Shown here piece by piece: positions 38,860-51,407 of a DNA stretch of 64,000 nucleotides. Made by a program: the position numbers and the translations under genes. The DNA comes from Felis catus (Eukaryota). A model generated the notes under the pieces. The model was not told the DNA's origin and did no database searches. It saw nothing but the letters and a program-made list of their open reading frames with translations. The stretch lies in NCBI RefSeq assembly GCF_018350175.1, contig NC_058368.1:152646001-152710000 (forward strand). Direction: 5' to 3'. The stretch's first letter is position 1, and every line of letters begins with the position of its first letter.

Positions 38860-39500
38860 GTAACTTCCTTCTAAAAAGTATATTATAGAAAGGGTGGAGA
38901 GAGGAAAGTAACATTGCAGGGGAGAACCCTGACAAACACTATCTCAGCTAGGAGTGATAAGTCATGTTGATAGTACATACCTTTATATCATGTAATGAGA
39001 ATGTCAATCTACCTCTGTGGTCTTCCTGCCAAACCCATAATCCCAGTCTAATTATGAGACAAATCACCAGACAAGTCTCAGTTGAGGAACATTCTGCAAA
39101 ACACCTGCTAGTACTCTTCAAAACTGTATCAAGGTTATCAAAAATAAGAAAAGTTTGTGAGGGACGCTTGAGTGGCACAGTCAGTTAAGTGTCCAACTTT
39201 GGCTCAGGTCATGATCTCACAGTTCAAGAGTTTGAGACCTACATTGGGCCCTCTGCTGTTGGCACAGAGCCCTCTTTGAATCATCTGTCCCCCCTCTCTC
39301 AAAAATAAATAAACATTAAAAAACAAAAAGGAAATAGTCTGAGAAACTGTCACAGCCAAGAGGAGCCTAAGAAAACATGACAACTAAATGGAACATATCC
39401 TGGATGAGATCCTGGAACAGAAAAAGGACGTTAGGTACCTAAACAAAGTATTGACTTTAGTCAAACTATATTTTGTGGTTTTCTCATTTTATTGTGAAAA
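38860..39500 (+). mobile_element. L1MC-like 3' region interrupted by a SINE
   Basis: gtactcttcaaaactgt...atcctggatgagatcctggaacagaaaaaggacgttagg. Confidence 0.65.
39160..39330 (+). mobile_element. Can-SINE
   Basis: SINE head and core with A-rich tail, inside L1MC. Confidence 0.85.
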
Positions 39501-39531
39501 TAATAAATATTTATTAAAAAATCATGATATA

Positions 39532-39965
39532 GGGCATCTGGCGGCTCAGTCAGTTAAGCGTGTGACTTTGGCTCAGGTCATGATCTTGCAGTTTGTGAGT
39601 TCAAGCCCTGTGTTGAACAGCTCAGAGCCTGGAGCCTGCTTCAGATTCTGTTTCCCCCTCTTTCTGACCCTCCCCAGATTGCTTTCTGTTTCTCTCTAAA
39701 AGGATTAATAAAATATAATAAAAAATAAAAAAAAAATCATAAGGGGCGCCTGGGTGGCTCAGTTGGTTAAGCAGCTGACTTCAGTTAGGTCATGATCTTG
39801 CAGTTTGTGGGTTTGAGCCCGCGTCACGTTCTGTGCCAGTAGGTCAGAGCCTGGAGCCTGCTTCAGAATCTGTGTCTCTCTCTCTCTCTGCCCTCCCCCT
39901 GCTCATGCTCTGTCTCTTTCTGTGTCTGTCAAGAATAAACATCAAAAAAAATTTTTGAGAAAAAG
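39532..39965 (+). mobile_element. Two tandem Can-SINEs (about 39532-39736 and 39743-39965)
   Basis: Two complete heads and tails; aaatcat motif repeated at all three junctions. Confidence 0.9.
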
Positions 39966-40029
39966 AAATCATGTTATAAAACCATAGTGGTGGCTCTGCA
40001 CAAGCTGGGTTGTTAAAAGGTTTGTGAAC

Positions 40030-43000
40030 ACTTAAAAGATCTAGAAAAAGAACAAATCCCAAAGTTAGTACAAAGAAGGGAATGATAAAGGTCAGAGTGG
40101 AAATAAAATAGAGATTGAAAAACAATAGAGAAGATAATGAGACTAAGAGCTGGTTCTTTGAAAAGATAAGCAAAATTGATAAGCCTTTAGCCAAACTAAC
40201 CAAGAAAATAAGAGAGAAGACTCAAATAAATAAACTTAGAAAAGAAAGAGGGGAAGTTATATGTGACACTACAGAAATACAAAAAATTATGAATCTATTA
40301 CAATAAAATAATATGGCAACAAATTAGACAACCTAGAAGAAATGAATAAATAAAGATCATATCTTCTGGAGGGGGCTTGGGTGGCTCAGTCAGTTAAGCA
40401 TCTGACTCTTGATTTCGGCTCAGATCATGATCTCTTGGTTTGTGAGATCAAGCCCCACATTGGGCTCTGCGCTGACAGCATGGAACCTGCTGGGGATTCC
40501 CTCTCTCTCTTTCTTTGTCCCTCCCCTGCTTGTGTGCTTGTACCCTGTCTCTTCTCTGTCTCTCTCTTACACACACACAAATAAACAAACATTTAAAAAA
40601 GAATATCTTCCCAGACTGAATCCTGATGAAATAGAATATCTGAACAGACTAATAACTAGTAACAAAATTGAATCACTATTCAGAAAGCCCCCCAAAAAAC
40701 AAAAGTATAGGATTCACAGATGAATTCTACCAGACATTTAAAAAAGAGTTAATACCTATTGTTTTCAAGTTATTTCCAAAAATATCAGAGAAAGGAATAC
40801 TTCCAAATTCATTCTTTGAGACCAGCATTACCATGATACCAAGGGCCAACAAAGACCTACAAAAAAAGATAATTACAGACCAATATTCCTGATGAACATA
40901 GATGCAAAAGTCTTCAACAAAATATTAGGAAACCAAATTCAGTGATACATTAAAATGTTCATTCACCACCAGCTGCGATTTAGTGTATGGATGCAAGGAT
41001 GGTTCAATGTCCGTAAATTAATTAACGTGATATTAACAAATGAAACCACGTTAACACATTAACAAAATGAAAGATAAAAAATTATATGATTGTTTCAATA
41101 GATTCACGAAAAGGATTTGACCAAATCCAACATTTATTCATGGTAAAAAGCTGTCAACAAAGTGGGTATAGAGGGAACATACCTCAAAGGCTGTATATGA
41201 TAAGCCCACAGATAACATTGTATTCAATAATGGAAAGCTGAAAGCTTTTCTGGTGAGATCGGGAAGAAGACAAGGATGCCTGCGGTCACCGCTTTTATTC
41301 AACATATTACTAGAAATTGTAGCCATAGCAGTCAGACAAGAAGAAGATACAAAAGGCCCCCAAATTGGTAATAAAGAGGTAAAACTTACTATTTGTAGTT
41401 GATATGATACTGTATATAGAAAACCTTAAAGACTCCACCAAAAAATCTTTTAGAACTAATAAGTTAATTTCGCAAAATTGTGGGATTCAAAATCAATATA
41501 CAGAAATGTTGTGTTTCCATACGCTACTAATGAAATACCAGAAAGAGAAATTAAAAAAAAAAAACAATCTCACTTACAGTTGCATCAGAAAGAATAAAAT
41601 AGCTAGAAATAAATTTAACCAAAGAGGTTAATGACCTATACTCTGAAAATTAAAAACATTGATAAAATAAGTCAAAGATGGCACAAATAAATAGAAAGAT
41701 ATACCATGCTAATGGATTAGAAAAATTAATAATGTCCATACTACCCAAAGCTATCTACATGTTCAATGTAATCCCTATCAAAATGCCAATAGTATTTTTC
41801 ACAGGATTAGAGAAAAAAAAATCCTAAAATTTGTATTAAACTACAAAAGACTCTGAATAGCCAAAGCAATCTTGAGAAAGAACAAAGCTGGAGAAACAAA
41901 GCCTAAAATACTAGATTTTAAGATATGCTGTAAAGCTGTAGTAATCAAAATACTATGGTACTAACACAGAAATAGACATGTAGATCAATAGAGTAGAATA
42001 GAGAGCCCAGAAATAAATCCACGCTTCTATAGTCAATCTGTCAAAGAAGACAAGAATATACAATGGGGAGAAGACAGTATCTTCAATAAGCGGTTTTGGG
42101 AAAATTGGATAGCTACATGCAAAAGAATGAAAATAGACCACTTGCTTGCAGTATACACAAAAATAAATTCAAAATGGATTAAAGACCTAAATGTAAGACC
42201 TAGAACCATAAAACTCCTAAAAGAAAACATAGGGAGTAATCTGAACATCAGTCTTAACAGTGTTTTTCTGGATCTGTCTCTTCAGGTAAGGGCAACAAAA
42301 GCAAAAATAAACAATTGAGACTGACTACATCAAGCTGAAAAGCTTTTGCATGGTGAAGGAAGCCATCAATAAAACAAAAAGGCAACCTACTGAATGGGAG
42401 AAGATATTTGCAAATGATAATAACTGATAAGGGATTAATATACAAAATTATACAAAGAACTCCTACAACTCAGCACTTCAAAGAAACAACTTATCTGATG
42501 AAAAAATGGGCAGAATACCTGACTAGACATTTTTCCAAGGAGGACACATACATGGCCAGGCAACAGATGTATGAAAAAATGCCAAATGGCTAGCATCAAA
42601 AAGACAGGAAATAACAAGTGTTGGTGAGGATTTGGAGAAAAGGGAACCCTTATGCACTGTTTGTGGGAATGTAAGTGCAGCCACTGTTGAAAACAGTATG
42701 GAGGGTCCTCAAAAAACTAAAACAAAGTACCATATACTCTAGTAATTCAACTAATGGGTATTTACCCAAGGAAAACAAAAACACTAGAAAAATAGAGAAA
42801 TAGAAAAATAAACACCCTATGTTTATTGCAGCATCATTTACAGTAGCCAAGGTATGGAAGCAACCCAAGGATCCATCATTAGACCAATGGATAAAGAAGA
42901 TGTGGTATATATATGCAATATAAATACTTAGCCGTGAAAAAGAATGAAGTCTTGGTGTTCAGGACTGTGTGACCTAGAGGGTATTATGCTAAGTTAGATA

Positions 43001-43360
43001 AGTCAGAGAAAGACAAATGCCATATGATTTACTTAGATAATGGATTTGAAAAACATGAGCAAAGAAAAACAGACTCATAGAGAACAAACTAGTGGTTGTC
43101 AGAGGGGAGAAGGATGGTGAGATAGGCAAAATAGGTGAGGGGGATAAAGAGGTACAAACTTCAGTTACAAAATTTAAGTCATGAGATGTAAAAGTATGGC
43201 ATGAGGAATATAGTCAATAATATTGTGGTAACTTGTGGTGGTGACAGATAGACTATGCTTATCATAGCATTTTGTAACGTATGTAATTGTTGAATCGCTA
43301 TGTTGTATACCTGAAATGAGTACAATATATCAAGTGTATTTCATTGAAAAAATAAATAAA
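40030..43360 (+). mobile_element. Degenerate 5'-truncated LINE-1 (ORF2 including RT region and 3'UTR; L1MA/L1_Carn-like)
   Basis: Broken ORF2 peptides ([50 protein letters not shown]) and an L1 3' end with AATAAA near 43350. Confidence 0.93.
40371..40601 (+). mobile_element. Can-SINE inserted in L1
   Basis: TSD atatcttc. Confidence 0.88.
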
Positions 43361-43671
43361 CGTTTGTGGTGTTTAAGTGTGGTGATCCTCTGCTACAGTA
43401 CTGTTGTGACGGTAGTTTTGACCTCAACACCTTTAGGCCCAGTAGTCTGTCTTTTGTGTTTTATACCCTTTTGTTATTCAGGAGGAACCTCAAGTTATTA
43501 CAGATAGAATACAAACTTGTTTTTCTAACTCTGAAAAGTATTGTTCTCCCTCTCTGGGGTGATAGGTGGAACCAGGTAGGTAGGCGTTTCCTAAGTTCCC
43601 AGCTCTCTCTTCTACCTGTGCTTTCCATGCCAGGTACAGTGTGTAGAGGTAGCTGATACTCTGGTTTGAGG

Positions 43672-43883
43672 TTTGTTTTTTGTTTTTGTTTTTGTTTTTG
43701 AGAGAGAGTGGGAGTGAATGAGGAAGGGGCAAAGGGAGAGGAAGAGAAAGAATCTTAAGCAGGTTCCACACCCAGTATGGAGCCTGATGAAGGGCTCAGT
43801 CTCATGACTGTGAGATCATGACCTGAGCTAAAACCAAGAGTTGGATGCCTGGATGCCTAACCAACTGAGCCACGCAGGTGCCC
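43672..43883 (-). mobile_element. Can-SINE
   Basis: Antisense SINE with (TTTTTG)n tail; TSD ctggtttgag. Confidence 0.88.
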
Positions 43884-46429
43884 CTGGTTTGAGTTTTGCA
43901 AGTATTCCAGGAACATCAGGAATCCCACCATTTTGTTCTTCAAATACATTATTGTAATTCATTTCCCCTCAGACCTTGAAGTGCCATTGCGGTTTTCATT
44001 GTGCTTTTCAAACTTTCCTAGGTTCTGGATGTTTCCATCTTACCTCAGACATCCTTCTTTCATTCTAATGTTGTTATTGTGATAGTGGATGGGTGGGAGG
44101 AGAGCCTCACACAGGACAGTCTAAGATGCCCAATCCTATTTCCTTTGGTCTCTTGGCCATGTGGACATTGAAGGTCCAGAGCCTGGAATCTGGTACTTCA
44201 TGGTGTACTGGAATGAATTTTTCTGTGCTTCACAAATACCCCAGTGCTTTAGCTCTTCTTTTTTCCCCCCTTTAACAGTTGAGGGATCTCAGGGCCCAGA
44301 GAGGTGGATTAACTTGTCCATTGATGGCAAAGATGGAAGAAGACAGAGACTAGAGGTGACTGGGGGCTCAGCATCCCCAGGGGCACTGGCAGTGTTTAAC
44401 TAGAGGATTCAGAGCAAATATTGTAGGATCCCCAAGTAGGTACTGCCTGGAATGCTTTCCCTTTGTCCTCTAAAATCAAATTCCTGGGACTCTCTAGGGG
44501 GCAACCTGCAAGGTGTGTATGTGTGCATATGTATGTCTGGACATGTATACATGTATTTTTCTGCCTTTGAATGACATGAATATAAGAAATATTTTACTTT
44601 TCTATTTGGTCCCACTTAGAGGAGACATTGGCATGGTACTGGAGTTCAAATTCTCTTTCTAATTAGCAGTTGGCTGCTCAGCTCCAGACAGCTGATGTCA
44701 TGTAGAAATGTGAACTCAGTTTTTTCAAAATAATCTAAAAACCCATTTTTTAAAAATGTGACATCCTTAAATTTTAAATCTTGGAAAAACTTTTTTAGTA
44801 TTATTTTGTAAACACAGTTTGGCCAAAAAACACGTCTCTAGACCTCTCTGCGTGAAACCTCTGGGTTTCAGCATGAAACATGAAACTCTGTACTTTGTTC
44901 TTTTCCTTACCTGCCATGAGTACATATAATTTTTTTTTTTTTTTAGAAATGACAGCATCTGGATTCTCCAATGAATGCAAATGATATTCAAGAAATAGGT
45001 ACAGAATAGAAAGAAACTCACAGAAAGTGGCTGAGAGAATTTTTTTTTTAAGGTAATACTGAATCTCAGTACAAATGAATTATAGCTGTTTTCAGTGAGG
45101 TCTTAATTTCGGTAAAATTGTTTTGTGACTTTTGCTTTTGGTTTTTATGAGGAATTGCAAATTTCATTTTTACAAAGAGTTTTAAGTGGCAAAAATCTAT
45201 CTTTAAATTCTTAGGACTTTTTTTCATCATTAGAGAGCATATTTTTGAAGATGGAGGGGTGCCATCTAATGGTAGTTCATGAAATCTTCATTTGGACACA
45301 TGATCCTTACATTTCAAAGGAGCAAAAAGGCAAGCGTGTCTTCTCCTTGACAGAGTTACCTTTAACACACTCAGGCGTGGAATCTGTGTGAACACATCCT
45401 GACTGACTTTATTGCTTCTGAATTTGCCTCAAAGTATTTTGTGTAGTGAATTTTTCACTTTGTGCTTTGGCAAAGTGGGATAGAGACAACCCATTTGAAA
45501 CCTATAACCTTCTAGAGCCCCACATATCCTAGAGTTGAAGCTTCTGCCTACTGTTCTTCCTGTTTTTTTGGTGAGCATTTGTAATTCACATATGAGCAGC
45601 TTGAATGGCTTTTGTGATCTAGTTGATGACTCATGCAAATGGGACTGTATGGTCTCATGGAAAATGTTAAGCTTAACTATTTTGGGAATCAGAAATCAGA
45701 AGTCCACATACATTATTTAAAAGATTTTATGTCTTCTGTCAAGCATTTACCTACCTCATTTAGTAAGTTTAGTAATATGTTACTTTTCCAGGAAATTCTG
45801 GTTCAAGTTGTACAATTGTTTACTGAAATGGTTGTTGTGGAACCAGAGTCCTATGCATGTGCCAGGGTGATTTGTTCTATAATGGTTATTCTTTTGGAAA
45901 AGAAAATAAGAAAAAGAATGAAAAAAGAAAAAAGAGAGAGATTGTGTTGAATTACACTTTGCACAAGCTGGTAAATATTACTCTCATAAAAGTATAAGAT
46001 GAGCACATGTCAACGATTTTATTCAACTCATTAGTGAGGAAACGAAGAAAGTGTTAATGCTGGTTCAAAGAGCTTTTGAGGAGCTAACTATAAGAAAATT
46101 AATAAAGGAATGTTGGGATAAGATTTTTAGGTTAGTTATAAAACTGGTTACTGTCCTCCTGGGCAATAAAACTATGGCCTCTGGATTATCTCTTTCACTG
46201 GACAAAAATTATTTGCATGTTTACTGCATGAAAATTTCCAGATTTGCATTTAAATTCACAAAGTCTGAAACCTTTTATCATAGTAAAGAATTGTTGAGTT
46301 GAACAAAGTACTTTTCTTTAAATCTTGCATCGGTGTGTGTCTGTATGATACTGAAATTACATGCCACATGCTTTTTTTGCCTTGTATCCAAATTTTGGAT
46401 ACTTTTTCTTAAAAATGATCAATATCGTT

Positions 46430-46900
46430 GAGCCTTAATTCTCTATCCATGTTTGGTGCTGAAAATGCGAAAGGTATCCAAAATGGGTGAGGTCATTGTC
46501 CTGAGTGCGTTTCTTCTAAGGGTAGAGGTGGAATAAATGCAAATTGTGATTAAGTGCAATGAAATAAGCAAAAAGCTGAGAGAAGGATATCAGAGGACAA
46601 ATTTCTTTACATACAGAAAATAGAAAGATGATTCTGAGAAGATGGCATTTAAGCAAAAACATAAAGGATGAGAAAGGATCATGTGAAAGGTGGGAGGGAG
46701 GAGAGTTTTAGGCGTGGGGAGTAACCAGCTGTGGCCAGAAGTGAGAAAGGGCTTGACTCATCCAAGGATCTGGAACCCCAATGTGGCTGTGAGTGAGGGG
46801 GAGAGTGGCACTTGATAGAATAGATACGGTCTGTTTATACTGGGTCTTGCACTCCATGGTAAGGAGTTTGCACTTTATTTTGAGTACACTTAAGAGTTTT
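46430..46900 (-). mobile_element. L2 fragment
   Basis: ccatggtaaggagtttgcactttattttgagtac and other L2-like purine-rich segments. Confidence 0.55.
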
Positions 46901-47060
46901 TAAAGATTTTTCTTGCAAAAGCTTTTTTTATCATGGAAAACTTTAAACATACAAAAAAAAAAAAAAAAAAAGAAATGAACGCATCACCCAGTTTGGGACT
47001 AGATCCCAGGCATTTTGGCTCCTAATGTGTGACTGATACAAAAGTAGGTGGAAGAGTGAA

Positions 47061-47063
<3 letters not shown>

Positions 47064-47104
<41 letters not shown>
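47064..47104 (+). repeat. A41 homopolymer
   Basis: 41 consecutive A. Confidence 0.95.
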
Positions 47105-47106
<2 letters not shown>

Positions 47107-47299
47107 CATTGAAAATATGAAGGCGATGAAAATAAACCGTTGGAAGCAGTTAATGGGAGATGCCAAAATGTTTTTTTAGAGCCACGACAGGATTTAAAGT
47201 GATAATTGAATATTTAAGAAAATAAAAACTTTAGATATACACTTTAATATTGGGTCTTCCCAAACCACCTAAAACTTCACAGTAGAGGGCTTTAAAAAA

Positions 47300-48980
47300 A
47301 TTATATAAACCCACAAAGGTAGAAGAGGATAGGAGACAATACCAATGTGGTTTTTGAGCCAAAAGGCAGATGGATGAGTAGTAATTGGCTTAGCAGACCC
47401 ACAGCAGCTTAACTCTATAAGCTAGCAGGCCAAGAAATAGCCAGTTTGCACAGAATTCTCAAAGTATAGGAAGTGGTAGCAACATGTACCTCTAAAACTA
47501 TGGGGGTGGGGCTGGGTAAACAACTAGATAGGGTGAAAGCTGTTCCAGGAGTAGTCAGATTCCTAGAATTATCATCCATTCTATACTGTTCCTAACCCCT
47601 CCTCCCCACCTCCACCTCTTTGCAGCTTTACTGTTTACCCTCCAGAAACGATTAAACATGGTTTCTTGATTGGGGATCTGAGGCATGTATGAAGGATGAA
47701 GATCCCTAAAGATACAGGAAATTAAATGACCATATGATTACTGATTGCTGAGACTCTAGTCCTTTTCCTGCCCTTGGTTCCTGAAATCTTCGTAGTTATA
47801 TCTGTATCTTCTGAAGAGTAGAATGGAAGATTTTTCTTTGAGGAACCTGATCAACCCTTAGTCTTTTCTGAAGGTACCAAAATTGAAAATTTCTAATAAA
47901 AAGTTTACTCAAATTCACCCAAGTTAACAAGCTACACTCTCCCACATATGCTCAAAACTTTGAATTTTCATTTTGTTCTCTGATTGTTAATCATGGGGCA
48001 GATAAACAGACCCAGATATTCAGAGCATTCAATCATTATTTTAGTCTCTTACTTTTAAGCATATACAGATAACCAAGAATTACCAGAGGTATGAAGAAAT
48101 TTTTTATGTAGAAGATAGATCTCAGGGATTAAGTAACAAAGCAACTTAGAGGTATCAGAGACCATTAAGAGAACAGAAAGGTTTTAAAAAATTAATACTT
48201 TCTGAGAGATAAAAGCAGGTATTTGATTAATGGAAAAAGAACAGGATACCATTAAATTCTTGGAAATTGAAAGCACAATAGTATAAATAAAAAAAATTTT
48301 TAGTAGAATTGAAATTTAATGATGAATTAAATTCTCAGGGAAAAAAAATCAAAGATTTGGAAATTAGAATAAAGGATAAGAAAATGAAAGGGTTAATCCC
48401 AGAATACCAAGAAAAAAATAGGAGTTTTTAGGGTGAAAGAACAGTGAAAATGGAAGGAGGAGAAATCATTGTAATATAAGAAAAATGTCCAGATTTGAAG
48501 GATGAGTGTTAGACTGAAGGGGGACTGACTGAGTACTCAGACAAATGAACAAAAATAAACCCATTCCAAGAAAAATCCTTTGAAATTTTCATAACACTGT
48601 GGACAAGGAGAAGAAGCTTCCAGAGGCAAGACAGTGCAAATAAACATGTACAATACTTCATAATCAAAATGATTTTTGATTTCTTAACAGCAATATTGGA
48701 AGTTTGAAAATAATGGAACAAGGCTTTGAAAATAATGAAAATTGTTTTCACCAGAAATTCTGTACCCAATAGAAGTATTGTTAAGTGGAAGATTAATACA
48801 CAATAATTTCTAACATACAAGATTTAAAAGGTTTATTTCTACGCAGCCTTTCTTAGGAAGTTACTGGAGGGTGCTCTCCATCAAAACAAGAGAATAAACC
48901 AAGTAAACCAAGAAAGAAGAAAACATGGAATCAGCAAACAGATCAAAGGGGAAAAAATCAAAGGGATCCCTGGATGATTC
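47300..48980 (+). mobile_element. HAL1 / ancient L1 ORF1-like relic
   Basis: ttcttaggaagttactggagggtgctctccatcaaaac...aaaccaagaaagaagaaaacatggaatc matches recalled HAL1 sequence; A-rich degenerate ORF1-like region upstream. Confidence 0.55.
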
Positions 48981-50054
48981 TTGTGTTTCACACGTAGAGG
49001 TGAAGAAGTCCTGATGAATAAAGACTTGACAATGTTTTGTCTAGGAAAGTACAAGTTGCCAGATTTATGTGTCTTCATCCTAGAGGGTGAATCAGTGGGT
49101 ATCATGAAAGTCAGTGGACACAATCATTTAATTGATGAGATCTGCAATTGTGATGGCATGTAGTTGAGGCAATTATATGTGTGCATTATGAATGTCTACA
49201 TCAAACCCTAGTATCTATCTCTCTGTTAACCACCATCTTGAGAAAATGTGCTGATTCCTGTAGTCTGTATGCAGAAGAAAACAATCTGTCACAGGAATTT
49301 TCTCCTGCAGACATACATCTTACTATACACATAGATTCTTTCTTGTGAAGAGACAAAGTTGATCATTGTTATTGACTGGATAGCAGAAGCATATGGCTGG
49401 TGGGGGCTGGTGTGAGGGAGACTTACTTCTCATTATTTACCTTTTTTGTCCCTTCTTAATATTGTGCCAGGATATATATGTTATTTAAAGATGAATAAAA
49501 TAAAAATCTTGAATAAATAAAGCTAATAAACTTTATATAAATAACTTTAAGAGACTACTCCCCTTTTCACTTAAAAATATCTGACATTTCCTCTATGTGT
49601 AACATCAGCTTACTTTTTATTGAAAGTTGCAAATTTAAATTCTGTTTTGGTATGGAGGAAGGAAAACATTTTTTTGTAGTACTCACCCAAATATAAATAA
49701 CACAGATTAAGAATTCTTAGAGGCTGAATAATTTATGATATGAGTGATGAAACTTCTCTTGTTCCATAGGAGAAACTCTATAGCTTTAGAATGCCCATTA
49801 GTAAATGTAATAGAATTGAAGTAATTCTATTCTAGAAAACCTTTCGCCATTAGGATCATATTTTCAGTATCAGTTACCTGGTGGTCACACCGTGGGAAGA
49901 TGTTTGCTACAGCCCAGACAAGGCAGCAGCTGAAACAAAAGGTCAATGCATCCTTTCAATTCCACACTGATAATGTTTGTCATCTTACTTTGTCCAATCA
50001 CTCGTAGAGGTTGTACCCTTGTTTATTCTGAAACTTAAAAAGACAAAATTAACT

Positions 50055-50304
50055 TTTATTTTTTTTTAAATTTTTAATGTTTATTCATTTTTTAAGAGAG
50101 AGAGAGAGAGGGAGAGACAGAGAGTCAGAGCATAAGCAGGGGAAGGGCAGGAAGTGAAGGAGACACAGAATCTGAAGCAGGCTCTAGGCTCTGAGCTGTC
50201 AGCACAGAGCCCGATGCAGGGCTCTCAGACCCATGAACTGCAAGTCGGCGCTGAAGTCGGTGCTGAAGTCGGTGCTTAACTGACTGAGCCACCCAGGCGC
50301 CCCC
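50055..50304 (-). mobile_element. Can-SINE with internal 12-bp triplication
   Basis: Antisense SINE; TSD caaa(a/g)ttaactttt. Confidence 0.9.
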
Positions 50305-50636
50305 AGCAAAGTTAACTTTTAAATTGACTGAAGGTTTTGTTAGAAAGTTGATTACTGCAAAATCAGCAAAATCTATTTTTAATATGTTTTTCTTTATATT
50401 GTCATCTGTTGAGTCCTGATTCTTATTTGTGTACTTTATTTTATTCTTTATCCTATTCTATTTCTACAGACTTATTGAAACTTAAAATAGAAGGCTATTC
50501 CCATTTCCTCAAAATATACTCTATTTGTTACCTTTCCTAAGGTACCCATTAATAAGAGGTGAGATAGGAGGAAGGTCATATCCTAGGTAAACAGGATTTA
50601 GAATTCTGTGGTTAGTATGACATACTGTGTTGGAGT

Positions 50637-50924
50637 ATATATGACATTTAATTTTATAAATGACATAATAGTAACATATAATATATTATTATAATTATAT
50701 AATATAATAATATAATTAAATTATATATAATATTATATATTATATTATAGAATATATTATGTATTATGTAATATATTATATATAATATATTATATAATAT
50801 ATTATTATATTATTATAATTATATGATATTATAATATAATATATCATATTATTATATAATATATTATTATATTATAATATCATATAATTATAATAATATA
50901 ATATAATAATATATGACATTTAAT
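50637..50924. repeat. AT-rich low-complexity tract with palindrome
   Basis: Almost pure A/T (TA/TAA/TAT units). Confidence 0.95.
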
Positions 50925-51209
50925 ACATTGTGTGCTAAGTGACCCAAATGGAGAATAAAGTTAGTGAATACCAGTAGGTTTTCCAAAGAGAAAGGACAGT
51001 TAGACATTCAGGAAAAAAGCAGAGAAAAAAATTAATGCCAGGCAAATTTAAAGAAGCATAATATTGGGGTTCCTTGTGACAGTCAGAATGCATTAACTTT
51101 TTAGAACAGAGTCATTGTTGTCTTCTGTCCTGCTATTATTGTCAAGACCTCTTTGGTTTGTCTGCCTGTCCTAAATTTCCTTACTAGTCATTGTCAGTTT
51201 TAAAGTGGA

Positions 51210-51407
51210 AGGGGCGGGCGCCTGGGTGGCTCAGTCGGTTAAGCGTCCGACTCAGGTCATGATCCTCTGGTTTGAGTTCGAGCCCCGCATCAGGCTTAGA
51301 ACCTGCAGCCTGCTTCGGATTCTGTGTCTCCCTCTCTCTGTGTCCCTCCCCTTCTCACACTCTGTCTCTCGCTCTCAAAAATAAACAAACATTAAAAAAT
51401 TAAATAA
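51210..51407 (+). mobile_element. Can-SINE
   Basis: TSD aaagtggaagg. Confidence 0.9.
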
